Origin: an uncultured Nitrososphaeria archaeon
Lineage (GTDB): Archaea; Thermoproteota; Nitrososphaeria_A; Caldarchaeales; Wolframiiraptoraceae
NCBI GenBank assembly: GCA_964555135.1
Contig: CAZKRR010000003.1
Span: forward strand, 1-40,917
Length of the DNA stretch: 40,917 nt
Direction of reading: 5' to 3'
The position numbers were made by a program, and so were the translations under genes. The notes under the pieces are model-generated. The model saw only the letters and a program-made list of their open reading frames with translations. It ran no database searches and had not been told where the DNA came from. Shown here piece after piece: positions 9,647 through 19,714 of this stretch. Within the stretch, counting starts at the first letter, position 1, and each line of letters starts with the position of its first letter.

Positions 9647-10921
9647 GTGAGAATGATGTCGGCTACGAGTAGTAGATGGAGGATTTTAGCGTATCTGGTC
9701 ATAGGATTGCTAATCGGGATCGCTGTAGGATATGCTCTTTCACTTGTTATCGTTCCAGCAGCACCTGCAACCGTAGCAGTCAAAGAGTATACTATCGGCA
9801 TGATAGCAGACTTGACGGGGGAAGGAGCAGATTACGGTATTGAAGTTAGAGATGCAGGCATCTTAACAGTTGAAGAAATAAATAGCTTCTTCACAGACAA
9901 TAAGATACCTGTGCGTCTTAAGCTGGAAGTTGAAGATTCTAAGACTACCGTTGAGGGGGCTGTTTCAGCTGCCCAGTCTCTGGGCGGTAAAGGTATAAAG
10001 ATCATAGTTGGTCATCTATGGAGCGGTCAGGCCAACGGCATCAAGAGCTACATAGATTCTCATAAGATATTCACTGTAAGTACTTCTTCAACTTCTCCAA
10101 TGCTATCGATCCCGAACGACTATCTATTTAGAATGCAGGCGCCGGACAGCATCCAAGGTAGGGTTCTTGCAAACCTAATATGGAAGCTAGGATACGGCAA
10201 AGTCGCAGTAATATATAGAAATGATCCGTACGGTTCTGGGGTATACAAGTACTTTGATGAGGAGTTTAAGAAGCTTGGCGGTACAATAAAGTCTCTAGCT
10301 TATACTCCAGACTTACCTGACTACTCAAGCGAAGTCCTGCAGCTAAGCAGCATGGTTAAGGAGCTCGGCGGAGCAAACACCGCAGTCCTCATCATAGCTT
10401 TCAACTATGAAGCGATTAAGATGTTTGATAAAGCTCGGTTAGACCCTACATTGTCGAATGTACAATGGTTTTCAAGTGAGTCTTTGAAAGGCCCAGGCAT
10501 ACTTCCGCCAGCCGGCCCCCCAGAAGTTGCTGATTTTCTAGTTAAAGTGAGGTTGACTGGGACGTATCCAGCTTCATTAACAGAAACAGAGCTAATGAAG
10601 AAATTCGTAGAGAAATTCAAGGCAAGATACGGTAGAGAACCGAAAGCATATGGAGCCTACACGTATGATGCACTATGGGTCGTAGCTCTCTGCCTCTCAG
10701 CAGCGGGATCCGAAGACCCAGACACTATAATGAAGCTATTCTACAACCTAGCATCCAAATACACTGGTGCAACCGGTCCGACAGCCCTTGACTTAAACGG
10801 TGACAGAGCATTACAGGATTACCAAATATGGGAAGTAAAGAAGCTTGATGGAACCTACGACTTCAAAGTTATAGGAGGATGGAATGGAGCAGCAAACGAG
10901 CTTATAATCTCAAGCCAGTAA
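9647..10921 (+). CDS. LIV/HAAT-family ABC transporter substrate-binding protein
   Basis: N-terminal membrane anchor; YTIGMIADLTG, VEDSKT, SSTSPMLS, YLFRMQAPDSIQG, DPYG and AYTYDALW: type I periplasmic binding fold. Confidence 0.9.
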   Translation: MRMMSATSSRWRILAYLVIGLLIGIAVGYALSLVIVPAAPATVAVKEYTIGMIADLTGEGADYGIEVRDAGILTVEEINSFFTDNKIPVRLKLEVEDSKTTVEGAVSAAQSLGGKGIKIIVGHLWSGQANGIKSYIDSHKIFTVSTSSTSPMLSIPNDYLFRMQAPDSIQGRVLANLIWKLGYGKVAVIYRNDPYGSGVYKYFDEEFKKLGGTIKSLAYTPDLPDYSSEVLQLSSMVKELGGANTAVLIIAFNYEAIKMFDKARLDPTLSNVQWFSSESLKGPGILPPAGPPEVADFLVKVRLTGTYPASLTETELMKKFVEKFKARYGREPKAYGAYTYDALWVVALCLSAAGSEDPDTIMKLFYNLASKYTGATGPTALDLNGDRALQDYQIWEVKKLDGTYDFKVIGGWNGAANELIISSQ

Positions 10922-10990
10922 GCCCAGCTAATTTTAAACTTTATTTTTTATTCTCATTCAGTATTACATCGGATCAAAGGATGGTGGATA

Positions 10991-11929
10991 ATGATAGACC
11001 TTCTCCAAGCAGTAATTTCAAGCATTGTTATTGGAAGTCTTTATGCTCTAACGGCATACGGTTTGACACTAACTCTCGGCTCGATTAGAATATACAATTG
11101 GGCTTATGCCGAGTATGTAACTATCTCAGCTTATGTGACTGCGCTCTTATCATCAAGGTACTCAGTAGATATCTTACTATGTTTTCCAGCAGCTATTTTT
11201 TCAGCGGTCGCGGTCTCTCTGATAGTTGACGAGCTCGTCTATAAGCCGTTAACTAGGAAAGGCTCAACTATAATCCAAGTTATGCTCGCTAGTATAGCAA
11301 TGGGGCTCTTAATAAGATACCTGATTTATATCTTTGCCTCCGTAAACAACGTAGTAATAATCAAGGCAGCTTATACCTCGAAAGCAGTAGCAAAAATAAA
11401 TGAATTAATAATTACGGACCTCGACATCTTTATTGTAGGGCTTACCATCTTTATGATGCTGGTCTTCCATTTTATAATTTCCAAGACTTTGATCGGAAAG
11501 CAGATTAGAGCCATGTGGGATAACTTCGAGCTGGCGAGATTAAGCGGTATAAAGGTGGATAGGGTTAGAAGGTTCGTCTGTATTCTTGTAGGCATGCCTG
11601 CAGGTATTATAGGGTCTCTATGGTCGATATACTCAACTATAACACCTACGTCGGGTTGGTTGCTACTGCTTCCAGCGTTTGCGGCCGTGATTGTCGGCGG
11701 CTTGGTGAGCATACCAGGCGCAATAATTGGGGGTTACTTACTGGGATTCGGGGAAAACTTCTTTATGTATATTGCTTACAAGTTTGCTGGCGTATCTCTT
11801 GCATATAAGCCATTAATAACGTTATCGATTATGCTGCTTGCATTATTCATAAGAGCAGACATAATTCCAGCCAGGTGGTTATTATCAGTTCTTACGAGAG
11901 CGGCTACTCATAGGGGTAATGGTAGATGA
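10991..11929 (+). CDS. livH: Branched-chain amino acid ABC transporter permease LivH
   Basis: GSLYALTAYGLTL...NWAYAE, GKQIRAMWDNFELARLSGI and FAAVIVGGLVSIPGA. Confidence 0.9.
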   Translation: MIDLLQAVISSIVIGSLYALTAYGLTLTLGSIRIYNWAYAEYVTISAYVTALLSSRYSVDILLCFPAAIFSAVAVSLIVDELVYKPLTRKGSTIIQVMLASIAMGLLIRYLIYIFASVNNVVIIKAAYTSKAVAKINELIITDLDIFIVGLTIFMMLVFHFIISKTLIGKQIRAMWDNFELARLSGIKVDRVRRFVCILVGMPAGIIGSLWSIYSTITPTSGWLLLLPAFAAVIVGGLVSIPGAIIGGYLLGFGENFFMYIAYKFAGVSLAYKPLITLSIMLLALFIRADIIPARWLLSVLTRAATHRGNGR

Positions 11930-12984
11930 TACCTGAGCTAATAACTCTATTCTCGACTTCTTTAACATTCTTCAGCATATACGTTATATTATCACTAAGT
12001 CTGAACCTAGAATATGGTTTCACCGGAATTCCCAATTTTGGAAAAGTATTCTTCTTCTCGCTTGGAGCATACGTTGTCGGTGTGTTTGTGCCAAGGGTAA
12101 TCCAGTTCGTTTTTAATATAAGTGAACCGGCGTGTTCAGCACTTGCCTCTACGCAGAGGATATCTATTGCCGCTCAATTTCCAATTTTAAATATAATGAT
12201 CTTCCTAGTATCTCTTATACTTTCTGGGCTTTTAGGTGCTTTCATGGGATACGTTATCTCATATCCTTCCCTTAAACTGAGAGGGGATTATCTTGCTATA
12301 AGTCTATTGATAATCGCTGAGCTTAGTAGGGTGTTTGTTAGAACTGAACCTAGCATAGTATGTGGAAATAATGGTATCGGTGGATTACCTAACCCTTTCG
12401 TCTGGATGCAGGACCCTGTACTAAAAGAGTTAACATATTCTATCTTGTCTGGAGCTATTGCGGGGGTATTCTACTTCTATATTCACCGACTGGTTAATTC
12501 GCCTTATGGGAGAGTTATTAAATCTGTAAGAGACGACGAGTTAGTTTCACAGCTTTTAGGGAAAGATGTAAAAATATTTAAAGCCCAAATACTGACTGTC
12601 TCGTCTTTTATGTCAGCTATAGCAGGGTGTTTATATGCTTTCTTCATAGGCTTCGTCTATCCCGACGACTTCATCATAGTTTGGACGATGTATGCTTGGT
12701 TGATGATGCTGCTCGGAGGTGTAGCTAACAATAAGGGTGTCATATTAGGAAGCACTGTAATGGTTGTGGTAGATAGGGGGTTGAGGCGGATACCAAGTTC
12801 CTGGTTGTCTCTTCCATTTGATGTGAGCTATCTCAGGGGGATCATATTTACAATAATCCTACTAGTGATTATTATGTGGAGGCCTAGAGGTTTGCTCCCT
12901 GAGAAACCGTTAGATACGCCTGCGAGGAAAATATTTGAAGCTCATCTTAGAAGTAAGAATAGCTTAAAAAATTCTTCATCCTAA
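11926..12984 (+). CDS. livM: Branched-chain amino acid ABC transporter permease LivM
   Basis: LSLNLEYGFTGIPNFG, LKLRGDYLAI, SPYGRVIKSVRDDE and WRPRGLLPE. ATGA overlap with livH. Confidence 0.9.
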   Translation: MIPELITLFSTSLTFFSIYVILSLSLNLEYGFTGIPNFGKVFFFSLGAYVVGVFVPRVIQFVFNISEPACSALASTQRISIAAQFPILNIMIFLVSLILSGLLGAFMGYVISYPSLKLRGDYLAISLLIIAELSRVFVRTEPSIVCGNNGIGGLPNPFVWMQDPVLKELTYSILSGAIAGVFYFYIHRLVNSPYGRVIKSVRDDELVSQLLGKDVKIFKAQILTVSSFMSAIAGCLYAFFIGFVYPDDFIIVWTMYAWLMMLLGGVANNKGVILGSTVMVVVDRGLRRIPSSWLSLPFDVSYLRGIIFTIILLVIIMWRPRGLLPEKPLDTPARKIFEAHLRSKNSLKNSSS

Positions 12985-12990
12985 TAATCC

Positions 12991-13746
12991 TTGAGTAAGA
13001 TGGGTGGTCAAGCTATCTTAGAAGTCTCAAATCTCTCTGCAGGTTATGGGAAATCACAGATACTGTATGAGCTTTCAATGTCTGTAATGAGAGACCAGCT
13101 TACCCTAGTTGTTGGTCCGAATGGAAGTGGAAAAAGCACTCTTGCTAAAGCTGTTTTTAATCTAGCATCGATATTTTCGGGAGACGTATTCTTCAAGGAA
13201 AGAAATGTGACGAAGCTGACCCCTGAAGAGAAAATAATTATAGGGATGAGGATGGTTCCACAGTTATCAAACGTATTTGAGAACCTAACTGTAAGAGAGA
13301 ATCTAGAAACAATATACTTTGCTATAAAGTCTCCCAAGAAGAACTTTGAAGATAGCTTAGACTACGTCTACTCTATCTTTCCAGTTTTAAGATATAGGCA
13401 ATATGAGAAAGTGAGAACACTGAGTGGCGGAGAGAGGCAGATGGTGGCATTAGCTAGAGTGCTTGTAGCTAAACCTGAACTAATTATTTTTGACGAGCCT
13501 ACAGCAATGCTTTCACCAGTCCTCTCTAACTTAATACTGAATAAGATTAGAGAGATTAATGAGTCGGGTGTTGCTGTATTACTAATTGAGCAAAACGTTA
13601 AGACAGCGTTAAAAATATCTGACTATGTGTACGTGTTAGTATCTGGCAGGAAAGTATTAGAAGGAGGATCAGAGAGATTCATTAACAATTTCTCTATGCT
13701 TGAAGATGCTTTCTTTGGTAAGTTTCCAAGCAGCGAATCCAGGTGA
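12991..13746 (+). CDS. livF: ABC ATPase, LivF type
   Basis: LSAGYGKSQIL, GPNGSGKST, LSGGERQMVALAR, DEPT and LLIEQN. Confidence 0.9.
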   Translation: MSKMGGQAILEVSNLSAGYGKSQILYELSMSVMRDQLTLVVGPNGSGKSTLAKAVFNLASIFSGDVFFKERNVTKLTPEEKIIIGMRMVPQLSNVFENLTVRENLETIYFAIKSPKKNFEDSLDYVYSIFPVLRYRQYEKVRTLSGGERQMVALARVLVAKPELIIFDEPTAMLSPVLSNLILNKIREINESGVAVLLIEQNVKTALKISDYVYVLVSGRKVLEGGSERFINNFSMLEDAFFGKFPSSESR

Positions 13747-14513
13747 TATACGTGTCCGTAAACCTGCTAATGGTTAAAGAGGTCACAAAAAGCTTTGGTG
13801 GGTTAAAAGCTGTAAATAACGCGTCTCTAGAGGTAAAAGAAAAATCAATAGTAGGACTTATCGGTCCCAACGGCTCGGGAAAGACAACATTGTTTAATCT
13901 GATTAGTGGGGTTTTGTATCCGGATTGTGGACAGATAATCTTCAGGGGTTTGAGGATAGACAGACTCCCCCCTCATGAACGCTTTAGACTAGGGATATGC
14001 CATGCACTACAGATACCCAGAGTGTTTAAAGGTATGACTGTATTAGAGAACAGCATGCTGCCTCTGAAGGGTCAACATGGTGAAAGGTTCCTGTATGCTC
14101 CGATGAGAAGTAGATGGGCTCGCCAAGAAGCTGAAAATGCTCAGAGAACACTCTCCATCTTAGATGAAGTCCGCCTATGTGATTTCTACAACAAATTTTC
14201 ATCGGAGCTCTCTGGTGGGCAGATGAAGCTCTTACAGTTGGCCAGGACCCTCTCAGGTCAGCCTATACTGTTTCTACTAGATGAGCCGGGAGCCGGAATA
14301 GCCCCATCTCTAGCCAAGGAGTTATTTAGCAAGATCGTTACAATTAGAGAAGAAAAAGGTGTGAGTTTCTTCATAATTGAGCATAGACTAGAATTATTGT
14401 TCGACATCGTAGACAAAGTCTACGTAATGAATAGAGGAGAGATTATAGCGGAGGGGACGCCGGACGAGGTAATCAACGATCCTAAAGTTAAGGAAGCATA
14501 CCTAGGAGGTTAA
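13743..14513 (+). CDS. livG: ABC ATPase, LivG type
   Basis: KSFGGLKAV, GPNGSGKTT, LSGGQMKLL, DEPGAG, IEH and the C-terminal DPKVKEAYLG. Confidence 0.9.
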   Translation: MIYVSVNLLMVKEVTKSFGGLKAVNNASLEVKEKSIVGLIGPNGSGKTTLFNLISGVLYPDCGQIIFRGLRIDRLPPHERFRLGICHALQIPRVFKGMTVLENSMLPLKGQHGERFLYAPMRSRWARQEAENAQRTLSILDEVRLCDFYNKFSSELSGGQMKLLQLARTLSGQPILFLLDEPGAGIAPSLAKELFSKIVTIREEKGVSFFIIEHRLELLFDIVDKVYVMNRGEIIAEGTPDEVINDPKVKEAYLGG

Positions 14514-15862
14514 ACTTCTTCGTAGGAGACCAAGTCATTTAGGGTTTCCCTCCTCCTTATCACCTTAACCACGCGGTTTTGAAGTATCATTAGATAGGCT
14601 GGTCTAAGCATTCCATTGAAGTTCATTGTTATCTCTGGACCGTAAGCTCCGGTATGCAGTATTGCTAAGACATCGCCTGGCTGGGAATTCATAGGTAAGC
14701 GTCTATATTTTGGAAGCCTGGGATTGCCTAATTCTTCACCTTCAACATCATGGTAAACGTCTTCTCCATCACATAATGGTCCACCTATTCGGAAAGGAGA
14801 GTCATGCTTCTCATTTATTCTACTAATGTTGATTACTGGGTAATACCATCTTAGTATCCTCATACTTGGAAGAATATTGAATCCTGCATCTACGATAAGC
14901 CACTTCTCTCCAAAACTTCTCTCTTTAAAATTAACAACCTTGGTAAGAAGTAGACAGGTATCGGCGACGATCTTTCTACCTGGCTCAATATACAGTTTAG
15001 TATTGTATTTAAGCTCTTTAAAGCTTTTAGATACAGTCTTCGCTATTTCCGAGATACCAATACTTCCCCAAAGGTAGCTTGAAACATCCGTATCCCTCTC
15101 TATTATAGTCTCTGTATAGTCCTCCGGCAACCCTCCCCCCATGTTTATATGGTCGAGCTCTAACCCTAGATCCTCATATATCTGGTCTGCTAACCTTACA
15201 ACCACCATTGATGCTTTACTCCATGAAGCGATGTCTGTAACTTGTGAGCCGATATGCGTATGTATTCCTTTTATGTTTAAATTTCTCTTTTCCAGAGCGT
15301 GTCTAATCATCTTTACTACTTGGTTTATTTCTACTCCGAACTTCGTCTTAGATAATCCTGTCTTAATACTAGGTGCGGAAACCTCTGGGGTAATTCTTAT
15401 GGAGACACCTACTCTAGTCTTAAGCTTCTCAGCAAGATTAGCTAGGAGGTCCAGCTCATAAAGTGAGTCTACATTTATACAATCGATTCCTAGCTCGACC
15501 GCATATTTCAGTTCTTCTAGTGTTTTTCCGGGACCGTTGAACACTATATCTTCAGGCTTAAATCCTGCTTTGAGGGCTTTGTATAATTCTCCTCCGGAAG
15601 AGACTTCACATCTTAATTGCTCACTCTTCAATATTCTTAAAATAGATAGTATTGAGTTAGCCTTAAGAGCGTAGTGGATGTAACAATCACCGTACTCCTG
15701 TTTGAAGACATCTGATATTAGCCTTGCATTTTCCCTAATCTTGGATTCTGAGAAAATGAATACAGGGGTCTTATAATCTTCAGCGATCTGCAGCAAGTCT
15801 ACGCCATCAAGGTAAAGCCGGTCATTTTCCACTTCTAGATGTTTTGAGATACAAGTACACAT
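14510..15862 (-). CDS. Fold-type III PLP decarboxylase (LysA/ODC superfamily), D-ornithine/D-lysine decarboxylase-like
   Basis: YALKAN (PLP Lys), HTHIGSQ, NMGGG, EPGRKIV, GPLCDGED and GAYG. Lacks the LysA RPxLY and CE signatures. Confidence 0.85.
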   Translation of the reverse strand: MCTCISKHLEVENDRLYLDGVDLLQIAEDYKTPVFIFSESKIRENARLISDVFKQEYGDCYIHYALKANSILSILRILKSEQLRCEVSSGGELYKALKAGFKPEDIVFNGPGKTLEELKYAVELGIDCINVDSLYELDLLANLAEKLKTRVGVSIRITPEVSAPSIKTGLSKTKFGVEINQVVKMIRHALEKRNLNIKGIHTHIGSQVTDIASWSKASMVVVRLADQIYEDLGLELDHINMGGGLPEDYTETIIERDTDVSSYLWGSIGISEIAKTVSKSFKELKYNTKLYIEPGRKIVADTCLLLTKVVNFKERSFGEKWLIVDAGFNILPSMRILRWYYPVINISRINEKHDSPFRIGGPLCDGEDVYHDVEGEELGNPRLPKYRRLPMNSQPGDVLAILHTGAYGPEITMNFNGMLRPAYLMILQNRVVKVIRRRETLNDLVSYEEV

Positions 15863-15875
15863 TACTGATCACCCA

Positions 15876-17663
15876 CTAAATCCTGTTCAGAAAGGTTCTA
15901 CAGATAAAGGAGGCATTTATCAATGCATCGATGAGCATGTTAAACTGTCTTGTTAAACTGACCTTCAATGCATGCCATGTCCAATCTTCACGTGAGGTCT
16001 TCGTAAGACTAGCCAGTATCTTATAAACCCTGGGTAACGGCTTCGCCAAAAATATATTACCATATACGTCATGCGAATATTTATCCACTGTACTTCTAAA
16101 TGCTGGGATCAAGATCCTGCTTAAGGTCAGCAATAATTTGTTTACCGACTTAGTTAAAGTATTCTCTCGGCTATTTTTACACTCACGTGCAATTTTATTG
16201 ACCTCGTAAATTAAAATTTCCAATTCGTTTACTCTTGCCTCTATCCTGGAGAGGTAAGGCTCCGTCCACTCTTTTGAAAATGCTTCTCTAATCTGTGCTA
16301 TATCTGTCTTTACAAGTCTTGTGAATTGGGTGAAGTCGAAAGGTACTACGGCCTCGCAGGCTAGTCTTAGTACATATTCTAAGTATAATTTAGCCTGGAT
16401 CCCCAGCATCTCTCTATCAAGTTTATCAATAGTATCTTCTTCACTGTGATACCACCATCCAAAGACTGCTTCCCCAGACTTTTTCAGCTCCTCTTCGGTA
16501 AATGTTGCGAAAGTAAAGATGTATGGTATACCTATCCCTAGGAAGGAGTTATCTCCGAATTTTAATGGGAGCCTTTTTTCAGATGGTTTGCCGATCACTT
16601 CCTTCTCTACTTCTTCAAGGAACGCCCAAGTCTCTGGAGATGAATATGAGACAAATCTGCTAGCTCCAGCTAGACCGCATGCATCCACATTTACATACGC
16701 TACTCCTCCCTCGTTAAGTTCAACCCAGTAATTATCTACAAACCATGCTGAACCTGCAGCTTCGCCTATCTCATGCCCATCCCAGAAACCGAATACTAGG
16801 CTTCTTAAGATCTTACTTCTATTCTCGGCGAGAACCTTTACCATTTCTAGCATAACTGCATTACCAGCTGAGTTATCGGTCACCGTGCCGCCCCAGGCTT
16901 CTAAGTGCCCTCCAACAATTATGAGTTCATCCATAGGCTGAGAGCATGCTGAATATATCCTGCACATAGGTTGGCTGGAGCATACCCATTTATTCTCAAC
17001 CTTCACCTTAATCCTAGCCTTAACTCTTCGATGCGAAAGTAGACGTCTTATGTACTCTCCATCATACCTTGAAATGTTTAAAGAAATTATCCTTGGGATT
17101 CTTTCCATATCTTCTGGCGTCGGCGGACCCCAAACACCTTTGATCGCCCCTCTCCCAACAGTACGGCTTTCTCTGCGGCCCCAATTCATTATTATAAGCG
17201 CTTTAGCATTATTGATAGATGCGATTCTTGCCTTCTCTGTTCTTGGCGGAGAATAAGAGAGCTCGGCTAGAACGAGTTTTCCAGCTGCATCTATTCCTCG
17301 GTAGGACTCTTCATCCCCGCTACCCACATATATTAGATCTCCGGTAACTCCTTCAGGTGGAGTATTCTCACTGAAGAGGTTAGGAAAACTATTTACGATC
17401 TTTGATTCCGGCTCGAGTATCTCAAAATAAGAATACTCAGGGTAACTAGTTAGAAAGTAAAATCTATCAATCCATGCTCTTACTCCTCCTATCTTCTCCA
17501 AATAATTCACTATATAATTTGATGCTTTCTCGATATTCTCGGTTCCAGCCAACCTATCCGTGAAATTGGAAAGTACTATTACGTGTCTCCAAACAGCGTC
17601 CATGTCAAAGTCGGACTTATTATGATGACCCAGCCTATCCTCTCCACAAGCATCTTTACTCAT
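15876..17663 (-). CDS. M28-family metallopeptidase with PA domain
   Basis: RLAGT; PA-domain GDLIYVGSG...GKLVL; GHLEAW...TDNSAG, DGHEIG, VNVD and WWYHSEEDT metal-ligand segments. Confidence 0.85.
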   Translation of the reverse strand: MSKDACGEDRLGHHNKSDFDMDAVWRHVIVLSNFTDRLAGTENIEKASNYIVNYLEKIGGVRAWIDRFYFLTSYPEYSYFEILEPESKIVNSFPNLFSENTPPEGVTGDLIYVGSGDEESYRGIDAAGKLVLAELSYSPPRTEKARIASINNAKALIIMNWGRRESRTVGRGAIKGVWGPPTPEDMERIPRIISLNISRYDGEYIRRLLSHRRVKARIKVKVENKWVCSSQPMCRIYSACSQPMDELIIVGGHLEAWGGTVTDNSAGNAVMLEMVKVLAENRSKILRSLVFGFWDGHEIGEAAGSAWFVDNYWVELNEGGVAYVNVDACGLAGASRFVSYSSPETWAFLEEVEKEVIGKPSEKRLPLKFGDNSFLGIGIPYIFTFATFTEEELKKSGEAVFGWWYHSEEDTIDKLDREMLGIQAKLYLEYVLRLACEAVVPFDFTQFTRLVKTDIAQIREAFSKEWTEPYLSRIEARVNELEILIYEVNKIARECKNSRENTLTKSVNKLLLTLSRILIPAFRSTVDKYSHDVYGNIFLAKPLPRVYKILASLTKTSREDWTWHALKVSLTRQFNMLIDALINASFICRTFLNRI

Positions 17664-17824
17664 AACAGAACCATCTCTTAGGTGCCTATATAAAGAGTTA
17701 GCTCCGCCCCAGCTGACTAATGTTAACCATCCTAAAAGACTCTAGTAATGATTCCGACAGCTATATGGTGATCAAATAGTAAATGACAATATTTATCAAG
17801 TCACTCTATCAGTAATTTTAAGGT

Positions 17825-19432
17825 ATGGCTGCCGATAATGTTCTAGGTTTTATCAATGGAAAAATATATATCTCTTTCGACCCGTTAAGGAAGGTCAATG
17901 GTCTAGTTACTTGCGGTAGATACATACTTTATTCTGGTGAGTCGGAGAAAGCTGAGAGGCTTGTTAAAACTCTGAATGGGTTACTCATCGATCTCGAAGG
18001 CTTCACAGTTATGCCAGGCTTCATTGATGCCCACATGCATCTTGACATGCTGGCTGTTAGCTTAAACTCGATAGACCTACGGGGGGTTGAATCAATTGAA
18101 TCTCTCAAGAAACGGCTAAGAGAATACTATGAGAAACATCCAGATTCTGAATGGATCGTTGGTAGAGGATGGGATCAAGAATTGTTTAAGGAGAGACGCT
18201 GGCCGAATCGGTTCGACCTAGATGAAGCTGTATCAGATAAACCTGTATTGCTGGAGAGGGTTTGCGGGCATGCAGCAGTAGCAAATACTAAAGCCTTAAA
18301 CATCGTTTGCTCAAACATTGATGTCTCGAAAGATCCGAATTTCCTAAGAGGTGAGGATGGAGGTCTTACGGGAGGTATCATTGAAGATGCTGTAAAACTA
18401 TTTCGAGAATATTATCAATCCAGCTCTAGCGAAATGTTAAAGATGCTGGATAATAGTCTCAAATATACTGCTTCACTGGGAGTAACTACTATTGGTTTTA
18501 TGTCATGTGATGCAACTTCTCTCCGCTTACTCCAGATACTAAAAGAGTCTAGAGGGTTACCAGTGAAGGTTAGGGTTTACCTTAAGGATACATTGATGCA
18601 TACTCTATCAAGCCTCGGCGTAAGAAGAGGCTTTGGAGATGATACTTTAAAGATAATGGGCGTCAAAATTTTTGCTGATGGTTCACTAGGTGCTCGTACA
18701 GCATGGCTGTCAGAAGCATATTCAGATCTTCCGGAGACCTGTGGTATGCCTACAATTAGAGAAGAGAAGCTAAAAGAAATAGTATATGAATGTCATAAGT
18801 CAGGTCTCCAACTAGCAGTTCATGCAATCGGTGATAAAGCCGTTGAGAACGTGATAGACTCCTACAGGCTTATTGAGAATGGACTCTCAAATTATAGACA
18901 TAGGATAGAACATGCATCTCTATTAAGACCTGAGCAGATAGAGAAGATAGCTAAACTTGGATTGCTTATCGCTGTTCAACCACACTTCATCATCTCAGAT
19001 TGGTGGGCTGTTAAAAGAGTTGGTGAGAAGAGAGCTCCATGGTTATACCCGTTTAAATCCTTAATCAAGAGTCAAGTTAAGATTGGTTTCTCAACAGACT
19101 GCCCAGTTGAGCCTTTAAATCCATGGGAAACAGTTTATGCAGCTATATCAAGAGGTAGAAGAGAGGGGATAGAATTATCTAAGTATACGCTAAATGAAGC
19201 ACTCGCCTTACCTGAAGCTCTACACTACTATACGGAAGGCGCTGCATACTTCTTCTTTGAGGAAGAGAGTACTGGAACATTGGAGCCGGGGAAATATGCA
19301 GACTTTATAGCTCTTGATAGAGATCCATTTGAAGTAAGCTTAGATGAGCTTCCAAGTATAAAGACTCTATTAACGGTAATTTCCGGCAGAGTTGTATATC
19401 GAGACAAATTTTTCGAAGATAAACTGGATTAA
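17825..19432 (+). CDS. YtcJ-like amidohydrolase (Amidohydro_3)
   Basis: PGFIDAHMH, GRGWDQE, CGHAAVAN, KIFADGSLGARTA, HAIGD, RHRIEH, STDCP and GKYADF. Confidence 0.92.
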   Translation: MAADNVLGFINGKIYISFDPLRKVNGLVTCGRYILYSGESEKAERLVKTLNGLLIDLEGFTVMPGFIDAHMHLDMLAVSLNSIDLRGVESIESLKKRLREYYEKHPDSEWIVGRGWDQELFKERRWPNRFDLDEAVSDKPVLLERVCGHAAVANTKALNIVCSNIDVSKDPNFLRGEDGGLTGGIIEDAVKLFREYYQSSSSEMLKMLDNSLKYTASLGVTTIGFMSCDATSLRLLQILKESRGLPVKVRVYLKDTLMHTLSSLGVRRGFGDDTLKIMGVKIFADGSLGARTAWLSEAYSDLPETCGMPTIREEKLKEIVYECHKSGLQLAVHAIGDKAVENVIDSYRLIENGLSNYRHRIEHASLLRPEQIEKIAKLGLLIAVQPHFIISDWWAVKRVGEKRAPWLYPFKSLIKSQVKIGFSTDCPVEPLNPWETVYAAISRGRREGIELSKYTLNEALALPEALHYYTEGAAYFFFEEESTGTLEPGKYADFIALDRDPFEVSLDELPSIKTLLTVISGRVVYRDKFFEDKLD

Positions 19433-19714
19433 CAATTTCTAGTGAAAATAGCATAGAAAATTCTAGAATTAATATGCGTCTCTAACAATAGAAGACACTC
19501 CAATAATGTTCAAGATTTATAGAAAATCTAAAGTGCTGAATCTCGAATAGATAAGGATATAGCAGTTTTCTAAGAGGCAGAATCGAGAGATCATCTTATA
19601 GATAAATCTTTAAGGCTTAAGCCAGCAGTATGTTGCATCTAGGATCAGCTTTCTGGAATCTAAATTTTATTTAAACAGAATCTTTATACTCTATTTAAGA
19701 AGATTATTATTGTC

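Noticed and set aside
14510-15862. Calling the decarboxylase lysA
   Set aside because: The DAP-specific motifs are missing and there is no lysine-pathway context.
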